In this document: one piece after another, positions 1 to 6,517 of the stretch
Position numbering within the stretch: position 1 is the first letter of the stretch
How the letters are laid out: every line of letters starts with the position of its first letter
IMG/VR virus record: IMGVR_UViG_3300009181_000063
Span: 7,406 to 71,405 of that record
DNA from: a virus
Reading direction: 5' to 3' (one strand)
DNA length: 64,000 bases
Program-made: the position numbers and the translations under genes
Notes under the pieces: model-generated
Told to the model about the DNA's origin: nothing
The model's database searches: none
What the model saw: the letters and a program-made list of their open reading frames with translations, nothing else

Positions 1-1
1 C

Positions 2-115
2 GACCGAGTTTACAAGGCAGGTTGGGCAACTGACGCAATGGCAACAATGCGCACCGAATTGCACCCGAAGGTAGTTGCAACCTTCGAAGTGGAAGAAGAG
101 TTGGCTATCGCATAG
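2..115 (+). CDS. 3' end of hypothetical protein (truncated by window edge)
   Basis: Open frame DRVYKAGWATDAM...EEELAIA ending TAG at 113-115, followed by a terminator. Confidence 0.5.
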   Translation, partial: DRVYKAGWATDAMATMRTELHPKVVATFEVEEELAIA

Positions 116-127
116 CCAGCCCCAATG

Positions 128-160
128 GAAAGCCCTCGGCAGAGATGTCGGGGGTTTTTC
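128..160 (+). terminator. Intrinsic terminator
   Basis: GAAAGCCCTCGGCA-GAGA-TGTCGGGGGTTTTTC hairpin with T-run. Confidence 0.7.
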
Positions 161-233
161 CATGCCCGGATCCTGGAGCTCGTTTTTTTAGGGGATGCCA
201 AAATACTATTTTGCCCAAAGCCTCAATGCCAAT

Positions 234-396
234 TGTTTGTGTTGGACACCCACCCTCCCAGTGTCCTATCCCTAAAGGGATCGGGAGGAGAGAGATGATG
301 TGATGTAGATAACAACAAAGGGCATTAGTGCGATTGGCGAGAGATGAGAAGGTTCTCTTAGTTGAGGCGAACGACCTCAGCGACAGGGGCTAAGAA
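234..396 (+). repeat. Cassette header R1 (composite repeat/promoter)
   Basis: TGTTTGTGTTG 234-244; CCCACCCTCCC 249-259; box TGTGATGTAGATAACA 299-314; -35 TTAGTG 325-330; -10 GAAGGT 348-353; hairpin GTTGAGG/CCTCAGC from 361; GGGGCTAAG before ATG 397. Confidence 0.85.
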
Positions 397-663
397 ATGA
401 ACGAACAAAACGCAATGAAAGTGTTTGACCTTATTAGCAAGACTGGTAATGAGGAATTGACTTCAGAGGAAGTTAGTTTTCTCAACAACAACCTTGCGCC
501 TTTCACCTCAGTTCTAATTGAGGCAGGGGTTCATACAATGACCAATGCGGGAATGGATAAAGAGGAAGCACTCTCTATCTTGGAATTGCTCGCAATGGTA
601 TCTCGTATGGCTGGTGCGTCAAACTTCGTTGATTTCGTCAATGTAAAACAAATGGAGGGCTAG
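397..663 (+). CDS. Hypothetical protein (cassette 1)
   Basis: 88-aa ORF directly after header R1. Confidence 0.8.
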   Translation: MNEQNAMKVFDLISKTGNEELTSEEVSFLNNNLAPFTSVLIEAGVHTMTNAGMDKEEALSILELLAMVSRMAGASNFVDFVNVKQMEG

Positions 664-667
664 ACAA

Positions 668-1087
668 ATGGCATCAAAAGCAATAACTGTAAAAGTTCCA
701 ACGGCAAAAGTAATAACTGCTCTACAAGCAAAGTTGGAAAAGATTGAGTTGGATTTTGCTTCTCAAGAGTCCAATGATGCTCAATACCAAAACGCTATGG
801 AAGCGTGGCGCAAGGAAATTGGAAAGTGGGCTATTGACCGCTTCTCAAAGGCTTCTAACATCAGAACCAATTATCGGGAGTGGAACAAGACTCTCAATGT
901 TGATTTTGACATCACAGTTGATGAGAAAGAGTTTCCAAAAGAACCAGTGCGAGAGCACGACAAAATCCATCTTCACGAATACAAAGAGATGAAAGAGGAC
1001 ATTACAAATGCCCTTAGCATCTTGCGTATGACTGAGGAAGAAGTAGTAAATGCCTCAACTATGAAATCCATAGCAAGGTATCTATAA
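668..1087 (+). CDS. Hypothetical protein (cassette 1)
   Basis: 139-aa ORF, GAGGGCTAG upstream, terminator downstream. Confidence 0.85.
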   Translation: MASKAITVKVPTAKVITALQAKLEKIELDFASQESNDAQYQNAMEAWRKEIGKWAIDRFSKASNIRTNYREWNKTLNVDFDITVDEKEFPKEPVREHDKIHLHEYKEMKEDITNALSILRMTEEEVVNASTMKSIARYL

Positions 1088-1098
1088 GAGAAGCGACC

Positions 1099-1130
1099 GG
1101 CTGCTCTGGGCTTCGGCTCAGAGCGGCGCG
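1099..1130 (+). terminator. GC-rich hairpin closing cassette 1
   Basis: GCTGCTCTGGGC-TTCG-GCTCAGAGCGGC stem with UUCG tetraloop. Confidence 0.65.
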
Positions 1131-1142
1131 GGCCGCGCAAAA

Positions 1143-1301
1143 TGTTTGTGTTGGATCCCACCCTCCCTGATCCTTTCCCTTACAGGGAAGGTAAGAGAGA
1201 GATGTGACGCACATCACAGCAAAGCCTATTAGCGCTGGGGGATAGCGGGCTTATTGTTCAGTTATTAGAGAAGCACAGTATCTAATGGAATGGGGCTAGA
1301 C
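1143..1301 (+). repeat. Cassette header R2
   Basis: TGTTTGTGTTG 1143-1153; CCCACCCTCCC 1157-1167; TGTGACGCACATCACA 1203-1218; TTAGCG 1229-1234; TATTGT 1252-1257; ATTAGA/TCTAAT hairpin from 1264; GGGGCTAGAC before ATG 1302. Confidence 0.9.
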
Positions 1302-1553
1302 ATGGCAGATGATTTTTGGAAGCGTTACTACGGTTCATTCGTAGGCGCTCGCATCCTATCATTCGAGGGTATGAATACCGAGGATGATTTAGGCGACGGG
1401 TTCCCTGAATTTACCGTTCAATTCGCAAATGGTGAGATTGGACTAATCTCAGTATCACAAGACCCCGAGGGTAATGGCGGAGGATTCTTGTTCGGATTGG
1501 CATTACCTGCGGAGCATCCGCAAGGTGGAGAGATGAGGACACTCAATGCTTGA
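1302..1553 (+). CDS. Hypothetical protein (cassette 2)
   Basis: Track ORF 1290-1553; start moved to ATG 1302 behind the GGGGCTAG motif. Confidence 0.75.
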   Translation: MADDFWKRYYGSFVGARILSFEGMNTEDDLGDGFPEFTVQFANGEIGLISVSQDPEGNGGGFLFGLALPAEHPQGGEMRTLNA

Positions 1554-1656
1554 TGAATACAGCGATGATGAACTAATCGAAGTGCTCATTGCACGTGGGT
1601 GCTACGACATTGACAATGAAGGTCAAGCGATTATTTACACGGGGGTGAAGGTATGA
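1546..1656 (+). CDS. Small hypothetical protein (36 aa)
   Basis: MLDEYSDDELIEVLIARGCYDIDNEGQAIIYTGVKV; overlaps both neighbours' ends. Confidence 0.6.
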   Translation: MLDEYSDDELIEVLIARGCYDIDNEGQAIIYTGVKV

Positions 1657-1835
1657 GTAGATTAGAGGTAGGTGATACCTACACTACGCAAAAGACTGGT
1701 GTGACTGGCGTAATCATGGAGATTGTGCCAAATGACACGGGCTCCACTAGATTGAAGTTGTTGACCGCGGATCTCGTGATTCGTTGGACGACATACGTTC
1801 CTGAGAGACTGGGGCAGGTAAAGGTTTCTCGTTAG
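1653..1835 (+). CDS. Small beta-barrel-like protein, paralog of 17956-18159
   Basis: GDTYTTQKTGVTGVIMEIVPNDTGSTRLKL...RWTT aligns by eye with GDWYTTHSSGVSGRIQEIVPNKTGTSRVRL...RWTT. Confidence 0.8.
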   Translation: MSRLEVGDTYTTQKTGVTGVIMEIVPNDTGSTRLKLLTADLVIRWTTYVPERLGQVKVSR

Positions 1836-1856
1836 CCCCACTAAAGAGAAAGTGCT

Positions 1857-1980
1857 GGGTCACACTATAAAATGACCCTATAAATTTAGCTAGGCGAGTC
1901 AAAGCGCTTCACTTCCTTTCTTGCCAAGCGTATCCAGGATCCGGACTGTTCACCGGGGAGATATTGCTGCTCGCCTAGCT
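1857..1980 (+). ncRNA. Candidate structured non-coding RNA
   Basis: GGGTCA/TGACCC hairpin 1857-1878; perfect 11-bp stem AGCTAGGCGAG (1888-1898)/CTCGCCTAGCT (1970-1980) enclosing two inner hairpins. Confidence 0.4.
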
Positions 1981-2006
1981 GCTCCACTTTCGGCCGCTCG
2001 CAAAAA

Positions 2007-2172
2007 GTTTGTGTTGGCCCACCCTCCCCATTAGGGAATTATTATGAGAGAAGCTCAGCTACCGGGGATCCAGGTGTGACGAGCATCACAGCAAAGCCTC
2101 TTCGCCGTAGGGGAGAGATAAGAGATAGTTCTACTACTAGCAAATCGCTAGTGATTGAGAAAGGGGCTAGAC
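2007..2172 (+). repeat. Cassette header R3
   Basis: GTTTGTGTTG 2007-2016; CCCACCCTCCCC 2018-2029; TGTGACGAGCATCACA 2075-2090; TTCGCC 2101-2106; GATAGT 2124-2129; ACTAGC/GCTAGT hairpin from 2136; GGGGCTAGAC before GTG 2173. Confidence 0.88.
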
Positions 2173-2730
2173 GTGGGTTACTACGTTTCGTTGCATTCAT
2201 CAGATTGGGAGATTACAGAATCTCCTGAGTTACTGGCAGTTCTAAAAGAAATGCCTACACGGTTCCATGCTATCAAGCGTGGCGGTTCATCTAATGGTGA
2301 ATCATGGTTCTCATGGGTAAATGATGAGGACTTCGTCAAAGCGACTACATGCGAAGAGATTATCAACGCGTTTGGTTTCGAGACATCAGAATCACAAGGC
2401 GTTGTATCTATAGATGGATACAACAACAAGACTGGACAAGAAGACGTCCTACTCGCAGTCCTTGCACCATTCGTTACAGAAGGTGCAGAAATGGAATGGA
2501 GTGGCGAAGAAGGCGAGCGCTGGCTCTACCTTGTCAAAGACGGCAAGTTATTTGTATCAGGTGAAACGCGTAATTGGGATGAGCCTGAGCCATACAAGTA
2601 TCTTCACTACGATTTCCACACGGATGCAGATGGCAAAATGGTTACTGACACCAAGGTCATTGACATCTATGCGCCAATGCCAGAAGACTTAGTAAGTCGC
2701 TGGGATAAGAAGAAGAAGGTCGAAGCCTAA
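2173..2730 (+). CDS. Hypothetical protein (cassette 3)
   Basis: Track ORF 2155-2730; start moved to GTG 2173 after GGGGCTAG. Confidence 0.8.
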   Translation: MGYYVSLHSSDWEITESPELLAVLKEMPTRFHAIKRGGSSNGESWFSWVNDEDFVKATTCEEIINAFGFETSESQGVVSIDGYNNKTGQEDVLLAVLAPFVTEGAEMEWSGEEGERWLYLVKDGKLFVSGETRNWDEPEPYKYLHYDFHTDADGKMVTDTKVIDIYAPMPEDLVSRWDKKKKVEA

Positions 2731-2740
2731 GAAGTAGAAG

Positions 2741-2773
2741 AAGCCCCTCAGCCAAAAGCTGGGGGGTTTTTTC
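2741..2773 (+). terminator. Intrinsic terminator
   Basis: AAGCCCCTCAGC-CAAAA-GCTGGGGGGTTTTTT. Confidence 0.75.
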
Positions 2774-2845
2774 ATACCAGGATCCAGCTGCTCGATCGCG
2801 CCGGTAAATTTAGGGGTGCCAAATGTTATTTCCCAAAGCCTAATT

Positions 2846-3032
2846 TGTTTGTGTTGAACAGCCCTCCCACCCTGTTTAACCCTTTCAGGGAATGGGTAGG
2901 AGAGAGATAGCTAGCTAGCTGCTCGGCCGGTGTGATGCAGATAACACCAAAGCCTATTAGCGAGAGAGACACGTGGGCATATGTTTATACCAGTGAGCAA
3001 CACCGCTTACTAAATAGTGAAGGGCTAGGAAC
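2846..3032 (+). repeat. Cassette header R4
   Basis: TGTTTGTGTTG 2846-2856; CCCTCCCACCC 2862-2872; TGTGATGCAGATAACA 2931-2946; TTAGCG 2957-2962; TATGTT 2980-2985; AGTGAGC/GCTTACT hairpin from 2992; AGGGCTAG before GTG 3033. Confidence 0.88.
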
Positions 3033-3278
3033 GTGAGACCACTATCTCAAATTGCTCAGGACATCGAGTCCGAGTGCGGTACCAAGGATTGGTACGTATA
3101 TGCAGAAGCATATGTGACACCAATGAAATCGCTTACATCTTTAAGCGATACATATGGCGCTGATAGCGCTGAATCTATAGTGCTCTACGCACTATCTAAT
3201 CTCACCTCATGGCGAGGAGAGAGAGCCCGCAGTATCAAGGCGGAGCTCAACGGGATGCTCAAGGGGGTGAGTGCATGA
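3033..3278 (+). CDS. Hypothetical protein (cassette 4)
   Basis: 81-aa ORF after header R4. Confidence 0.8.
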   Translation: MRPLSQIAQDIESECGTKDWYVYAEAYVTPMKSLTSLSDTYGADSAESIVLYALSNLTSWRGERARSIKAELNGMLKGVSA

Positions 3279-3733
3279 GCGTCGATACATATAACCCGAA
3301 TGCGCTAGTTACTTATAAAAAGATAGCTGGCACCTATGCTGAACCAGAAGCACCAGAATACATTACCGACAAGGTAGTGGACCTCGAGTGGACGCTGCAC
3401 CAAGGGCGCGAAGCTCGCACCGAAGCTCAAAAGCTCCGGGCCACAATAGCTTCGATCCAGGAGCACATGACCCGCAACGATTGGTATAACCCGAATACAG
3501 AAGCATCGGAGATCCTGGCTGCTCTGCAGGAGATCCTGGGTTACGAACCAAAAGCTGAAATTCGGATCACAGCTGTAATTGAAGTAGAGGTTACGGTTGA
3601 GCTCAACATGGATGAAGTAGAAGATTTCGATGCAGAGACCTGGATCAGTGATTGGGTCTCAGTAGATACCAGCTCGGGAGATTCGAGCTGTGATAGCTGG
3701 GCAGTTAGCTCAGCTGATTGGGAAGATGCCTGA
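3275..3733 (+). CDS. Hypothetical acidic protein (cassette 4)
   Basis: Track ORF 3209-3733; ATGA-coupled start at 3275. Confidence 0.8.
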   Translation: MSVDTYNPNALVTYKKIAGTYAEPEAPEYITDKVVDLEWTLHQGREARTEAQKLRATIASIQEHMTRNDWYNPNTEASEILAALQEILGYEPKAEIRITAVIEVEVTVELNMDEVEDFDAETWISDWVSVDTSSGDSSCDSWAVSSADWEDA

Positions 3734-3905
3734 CGCATTAAGCATCGTGGGACGGCTGCTGGTCGAAGGGTCAGCAGCCTACCTAGATGCTAAAACAATC
3801 GATGAAGAGAATGGATATTCAGATGCTATGGAATCCATGGAGAGAAAGTACTGGGAAGGGTACACAGATGCTCTCTATGAATTGGAAGCTCTGATTAATA
3901 AATAG
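3726..3905 (+). CDS. Hypothetical protein (cassette 4)
   Basis: Track ORF 3690-3905; likely ATG 3726. Confidence 0.65.
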   Translation: MPDALSIVGRLLVEGSAAYLDAKTIDEENGYSDAMESMERKYWEGYTDALYELEALINK

Positions 3906-3909
3906 CCCG

Positions 3910-3948
3910 GTGCGATCCTGGCGGCTTCGGCCGCTGGGGTTGCGCTTT
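3910..3948 (+). terminator. Hairpin closing cassette 4
   Basis: GCGATCCTGGCGGC-TTCG-GCCGCTGGGGTTGC followed by T-rich sequence. Confidence 0.65.
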
Positions 3949-4103
3949 GTTTGTGTTGAATGCCCACCCACCCATTCACCCTTCGGGTTATTTTAAGAGA
4001 GAGCTCGCTCCTGGCGTGTGACGTACATCACATCAAAGCCTATTGGGGAGAGAGGTGCCATAAGGTTAAATATGCATTACATCAACGACATGGAGGCTAG
4101 TTC
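3948..4103 (+). repeat. Cassette header R5
   Basis: TGTTTGTGTTG 3948-3958; CCCACCCACCC 3963-3973; TGTGACGTACATCACA 4017-4032; CAAAGCCTATT; GGAGGCTAG before ATG 4104; -10 spacing less clean. Confidence 0.85.
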
Positions 4104-4805
4104 ATGGAAAAGTTAAAGCGTAGTAAGGACCGCAAGGTAGCTAATTCTCTCACCGCATCGGGCGGCGTTAGAATCGCTAATTCTTTCGGTCTACCGGCGG
4201 GCAAGGCATATTCATGCCCTAGCGCCACTAGTATATGCACACGCATATGTTATGCGGGCAAGCTAGAGAAGATTTACAAGGGTGTTAAGGCTAATCTCAT
4301 TCACAATTGGGATTTATTGAGAGATGCCGATCATGACACTATGGAAGCACTATTAGAAGAGATGATTGCAGACTTTCGCAAGGATTGTGAGAAATGGGAT
4401 GCGCCTAAAGAATTCCGTATCCATTGGGACGGGGATTTCTTTAAGCCAGACTACGCATTCGCATGGAAGCACGTTATTTTAAATAACCCGGATATTCTAT
4501 TCTGGGCATATACACGTGTAGAATCTGCAGCGTACATGCTCAAGGGCATGGATAACCTGGCGTTATATTTCTCCGCCGATACGGAGAATATGGAGGCGGC
4601 TAAGCGCTTAAGCGCACACGGTATCAAGCTCGCCGGGTTACATGAGACATTCTCTCAAGCTAAGGACATGCTCATGTCATTAGGTGAGAGAGGGGCTAAG
4701 TGCCCGGAACAACGTAAGCAAATTCCACTAGAGGGCGCATGCGTAGCATGCAGAATATGCCTAAAGGCGGATGCAAATATTACATTCTCAATAAGTAAGA
4801 GATAA
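4104..4805 (+). CDS. Gp88-like protein (Cys-rich, radical-SAM-like phage family)
   Basis: FGLPAG..CPSATSICTRICYAGK, FRIHWDGDF, FWAYTR, C-terminal CP...CVACRIC. Confidence 0.75.
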   Translation: MEKLKRSKDRKVANSLTASGGVRIANSFGLPAGKAYSCPSATSICTRICYAGKLEKIYKGVKANLIHNWDLLRDADHDTMEALLEEMIADFRKDCEKWDAPKEFRIHWDGDFFKPDYAFAWKHVILNNPDILFWAYTRVESAAYMLKGMDNLALYFSADTENMEAAKRLSAHGIKLAGLHETFSQAKDMLMSLGERGAKCPEQRKQIPLEGACVACRICLKADANITFSISKR

Positions 4806-4815
4806 GGGGATAAAA

Positions 4816-5097
4816 ATGGGACGTAATCTATCAATGGAGCTAGCTGGAGGATTGGGAGACCTATCCTTGCAGCACCAGCTCAAGATTCAATTGCAGAATA
4901 ATCACTACCCGCCAGTGCCTACGTCCATGGTATTCCCATGCATCGCGGCAATTACGGCCGTTAATGAGGAGGATCCTGGCAAGCTCATCGAATTACCGGA
5001 GGGCGTGCTATGGAGAGGGAAGACATCCGCGCCAGCGAGCGCGATAGTAGAGGCGCATCACCTTGATGCATGGTTAGATGGAGATGACTATGAGTAA
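4816..5097 (+). CDS. Hypothetical protein
   Basis: 93-aa ORF with AAGGGGA upstream. Confidence 0.8.
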   Translation: MGRNLSMELAGGLGDLSLQHQLKIQLQNNHYPPVPTSMVFPCIAAITAVNEEDPGKLIELPEGVLWRGKTSAPASAIVEAHHLDAWLDGDDYE

Positions 5098-5185
5098 TAC
5101 ATTCCTTGATTTGATGGACCAGATCCTAAAGGAGGGCCTGGCCGCCATCGATGCCCTAGATGAGGATGATCTAGAAGAAGAATAG
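5090..5185 (+). CDS. Small acidic peptide (31 aa)
   Basis: MSNTFLDLMDQILKEGLAAIDALDEDDLEEE, coupled to the upstream gene. Confidence 0.5.
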   Translation: MSNTFLDLMDQILKEGLAAIDALDEDDLEEE

Positions 5186-5219
5186 AGTTGCTCCCGGTTC
5201 TTGCCCGGTCGAGCACACG

Positions 5220-5266
5220 CTCCCAGCTGCTGCTAGCCCGGTAGCTGGGAGTTTTTCTTTTTTTAT
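5220..5266 (+). terminator. Intrinsic terminator
   Basis: CTCCCAGCTGC...GTAGCTGGGAG followed by a long T-run. Confidence 0.75.
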
Positions 5267-5296
5267 GGTTGTTTTTTTAGCCTACACCCATCCAAA

Positions 5297-5402
5297 TGTT
5301 TGTGTTGACCCACCCTCCCCTTATCCCTTCGGGATAGGGTAAGAGAGAGAGGCTGTGACGTAAGTCACATGTGACATTACTCACGCAGTGATGTTCATCA
5401 CA
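5297..5402 (+). repeat. Header R6 with three tandem CRP-type boxes
   Basis: TGTTTGTGTTG 5297-5307; CCCACCCTCCCC 5309-5320; boxes 5354-5369, 5370-5385, 5387-5402. Confidence 0.85.
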
Positions 5403-5588
5403 GTAGAGAGAGTTGAGTCGGGCCGGCTCAACTTTGCTGAGTCCAGCCCATTCAAGCTAATTCCACCGGGAATTTGCGATCTCGAGAGAGATGAGAGAGA
5501 ATGAGCTGAAGAGAGAGAGAAGGAGAGAGAGAGAGAGCCAAGCTAAGTAGCCGACATTAAATGTCGACAAATCGACTGATTAGGCTAC

Positions 5589-5604
5589 TGTGAGCCACAT
5601 CACA
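5589..5604. promoter_or_regulatory. CRP-type box
   Basis: TGTGAGCCACATCACA, perfect TGTGA-N6-TCACA. Confidence 0.7.
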
Positions 5605-5819
5605 GGACTCAGCAGTTATGCCACCAGCTCTACAGCCTGTTCAGCCTGAACATATGCGTATATGTGAGAGATATCGCTTGAATAGGCTGAATATGCGATC
5701 TCAGCCCGGTAGAGAATAAAGAAGCAGAGATAGCAAGCCAGGATCCATATGATTCTCTCTCTCATATGCTCTCTCTAGTAGAACAAGGAGAAGTAAATCT
5801 ATTTCGGGCCCATCCGCCA

Positions 5820-5881
5820 CGTGATGCAGGTCACAGCAAAGGTACTTAGCCATAGCGCCATCAAGCTCTAATGTTCTCTAT
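5820..5881 (+). promoter_or_regulatory. Box-linked promoter driving the 5.9-9.5 kb operon
   Basis: CGTGATGCAGGTCACA 5820-5835, TTAGCC 5846-5851, 17 nt, TAATGT 5869-5874; same spacing as R1-R4. Confidence 0.8.
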
Positions 5882-5898
5882 ATCAAGCAAACAACGAA

Positions 5899-6126
5899 AT
5901 GGAGCAAAAAATGATGGATTACCACAAGGCTGAAGAGGACAAGTACGACGCAGAACGTGACGTTGCTTTCCACGCAATTATGCAATTGGTTCGTGACTCA
6001 CTCACAACCAAGCAACAGGAAGAACTTATCAAGTTATACGTAGATGCCACATTTGCAAGTTATTGGGCTGGCTGGCATGGTCATGGCTATGCCATTGAGA
6101 AGGTCGAAAAGAAGGTGAGCGCATGA
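5899..6126 (+). CDS. Hypothetical protein
   Basis: 75-aa ORF (start may be ATG 5911 after GGAG). Confidence 0.7.
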   Translation: MEQKMMDYHKAEEDKYDAERDVAFHAIMQLVRDSLTTKQQEELIKLYVDATFASYWAGWHGHGYAIEKVEKKVSA

Positions 6127-6263
6127 ACGATTCAATTAGCTGGGGCGAGTTAGCCGAACTCACCCACGAGTCACAGGTCGAGCGATTTGGCTTCTGTTCT
6201 TGTGAGGATCTTGAACCTCATGAGTATCCCTATCCATCATGCCTAACAAGGTTGATTCCATGA
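6123..6263 (+). CDS. Small hypothetical protein (46 aa)
   Basis: MNDSISWGELAELTHESQVERFGFCSCED...; ATGA overlaps on both sides. Confidence 0.65.
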   Translation: MNDSISWGELAELTHESQVERFGFCSCEDLEPHEYPYPSCLTRLIP

Positions 6264-6517
6264 GTCGCGTTATTAGGTATGACAGTAATGGCGAACAGTT
6301 TTTGGGCGATCCGCCATCGCTGGCAGAAGTCATGGCTGATGTAGATGACCTAAGAGAAGGTAAGATTCCAGCAGGTGAACTGCATGGTCGTGTATTAGAC
6401 ATTGTTGGGTCAATTCGTGACCTTGATGGTGAACTCTATTCAGACGAACAATGCCTATGGATGATTCACGATGTTATTAACCACTGGTCAGAACTAGCAG
6501 ATGAAGGGAGATTTTGA
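6260..6517 (+). CDS. Hypothetical protein
   Basis: Track ORF 6239-6517; coupled start at 6260. Confidence 0.7.
   Translation: MSRVIRYDSNGEQFLGDPPSLAEVMADVDDLREGKIPAGELHGRVLDIVGSIRDLDGELYSDEQCLWMIHDVINHWSELADEGRF

Noticed and set aside
10-201. 63-aa minus-strand ORF
   Set aside because: Runs antisense across a + strand gene end and its terminator.
1888-1980. tRNA gene
   Set aside because: No TTC-containing T-loop/D-loop cloverleaf pattern. Retained only as a generic structured RNA candidate.
234-5402. CRISPR array interpretation of the repeats
   Set aside because: Repeats are degenerate and separated by about 0.8-1.3 kb of coding sequence. The only Cas4-like gene sits in a recombination operon with no cas1/cas2.
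234-5402. Integron attC cassette array
   Set aside because: No integrase in the window, no attC-type RYYYAAC/GTTRRRY inverted structure recognised, and each cassette has its own promoter.
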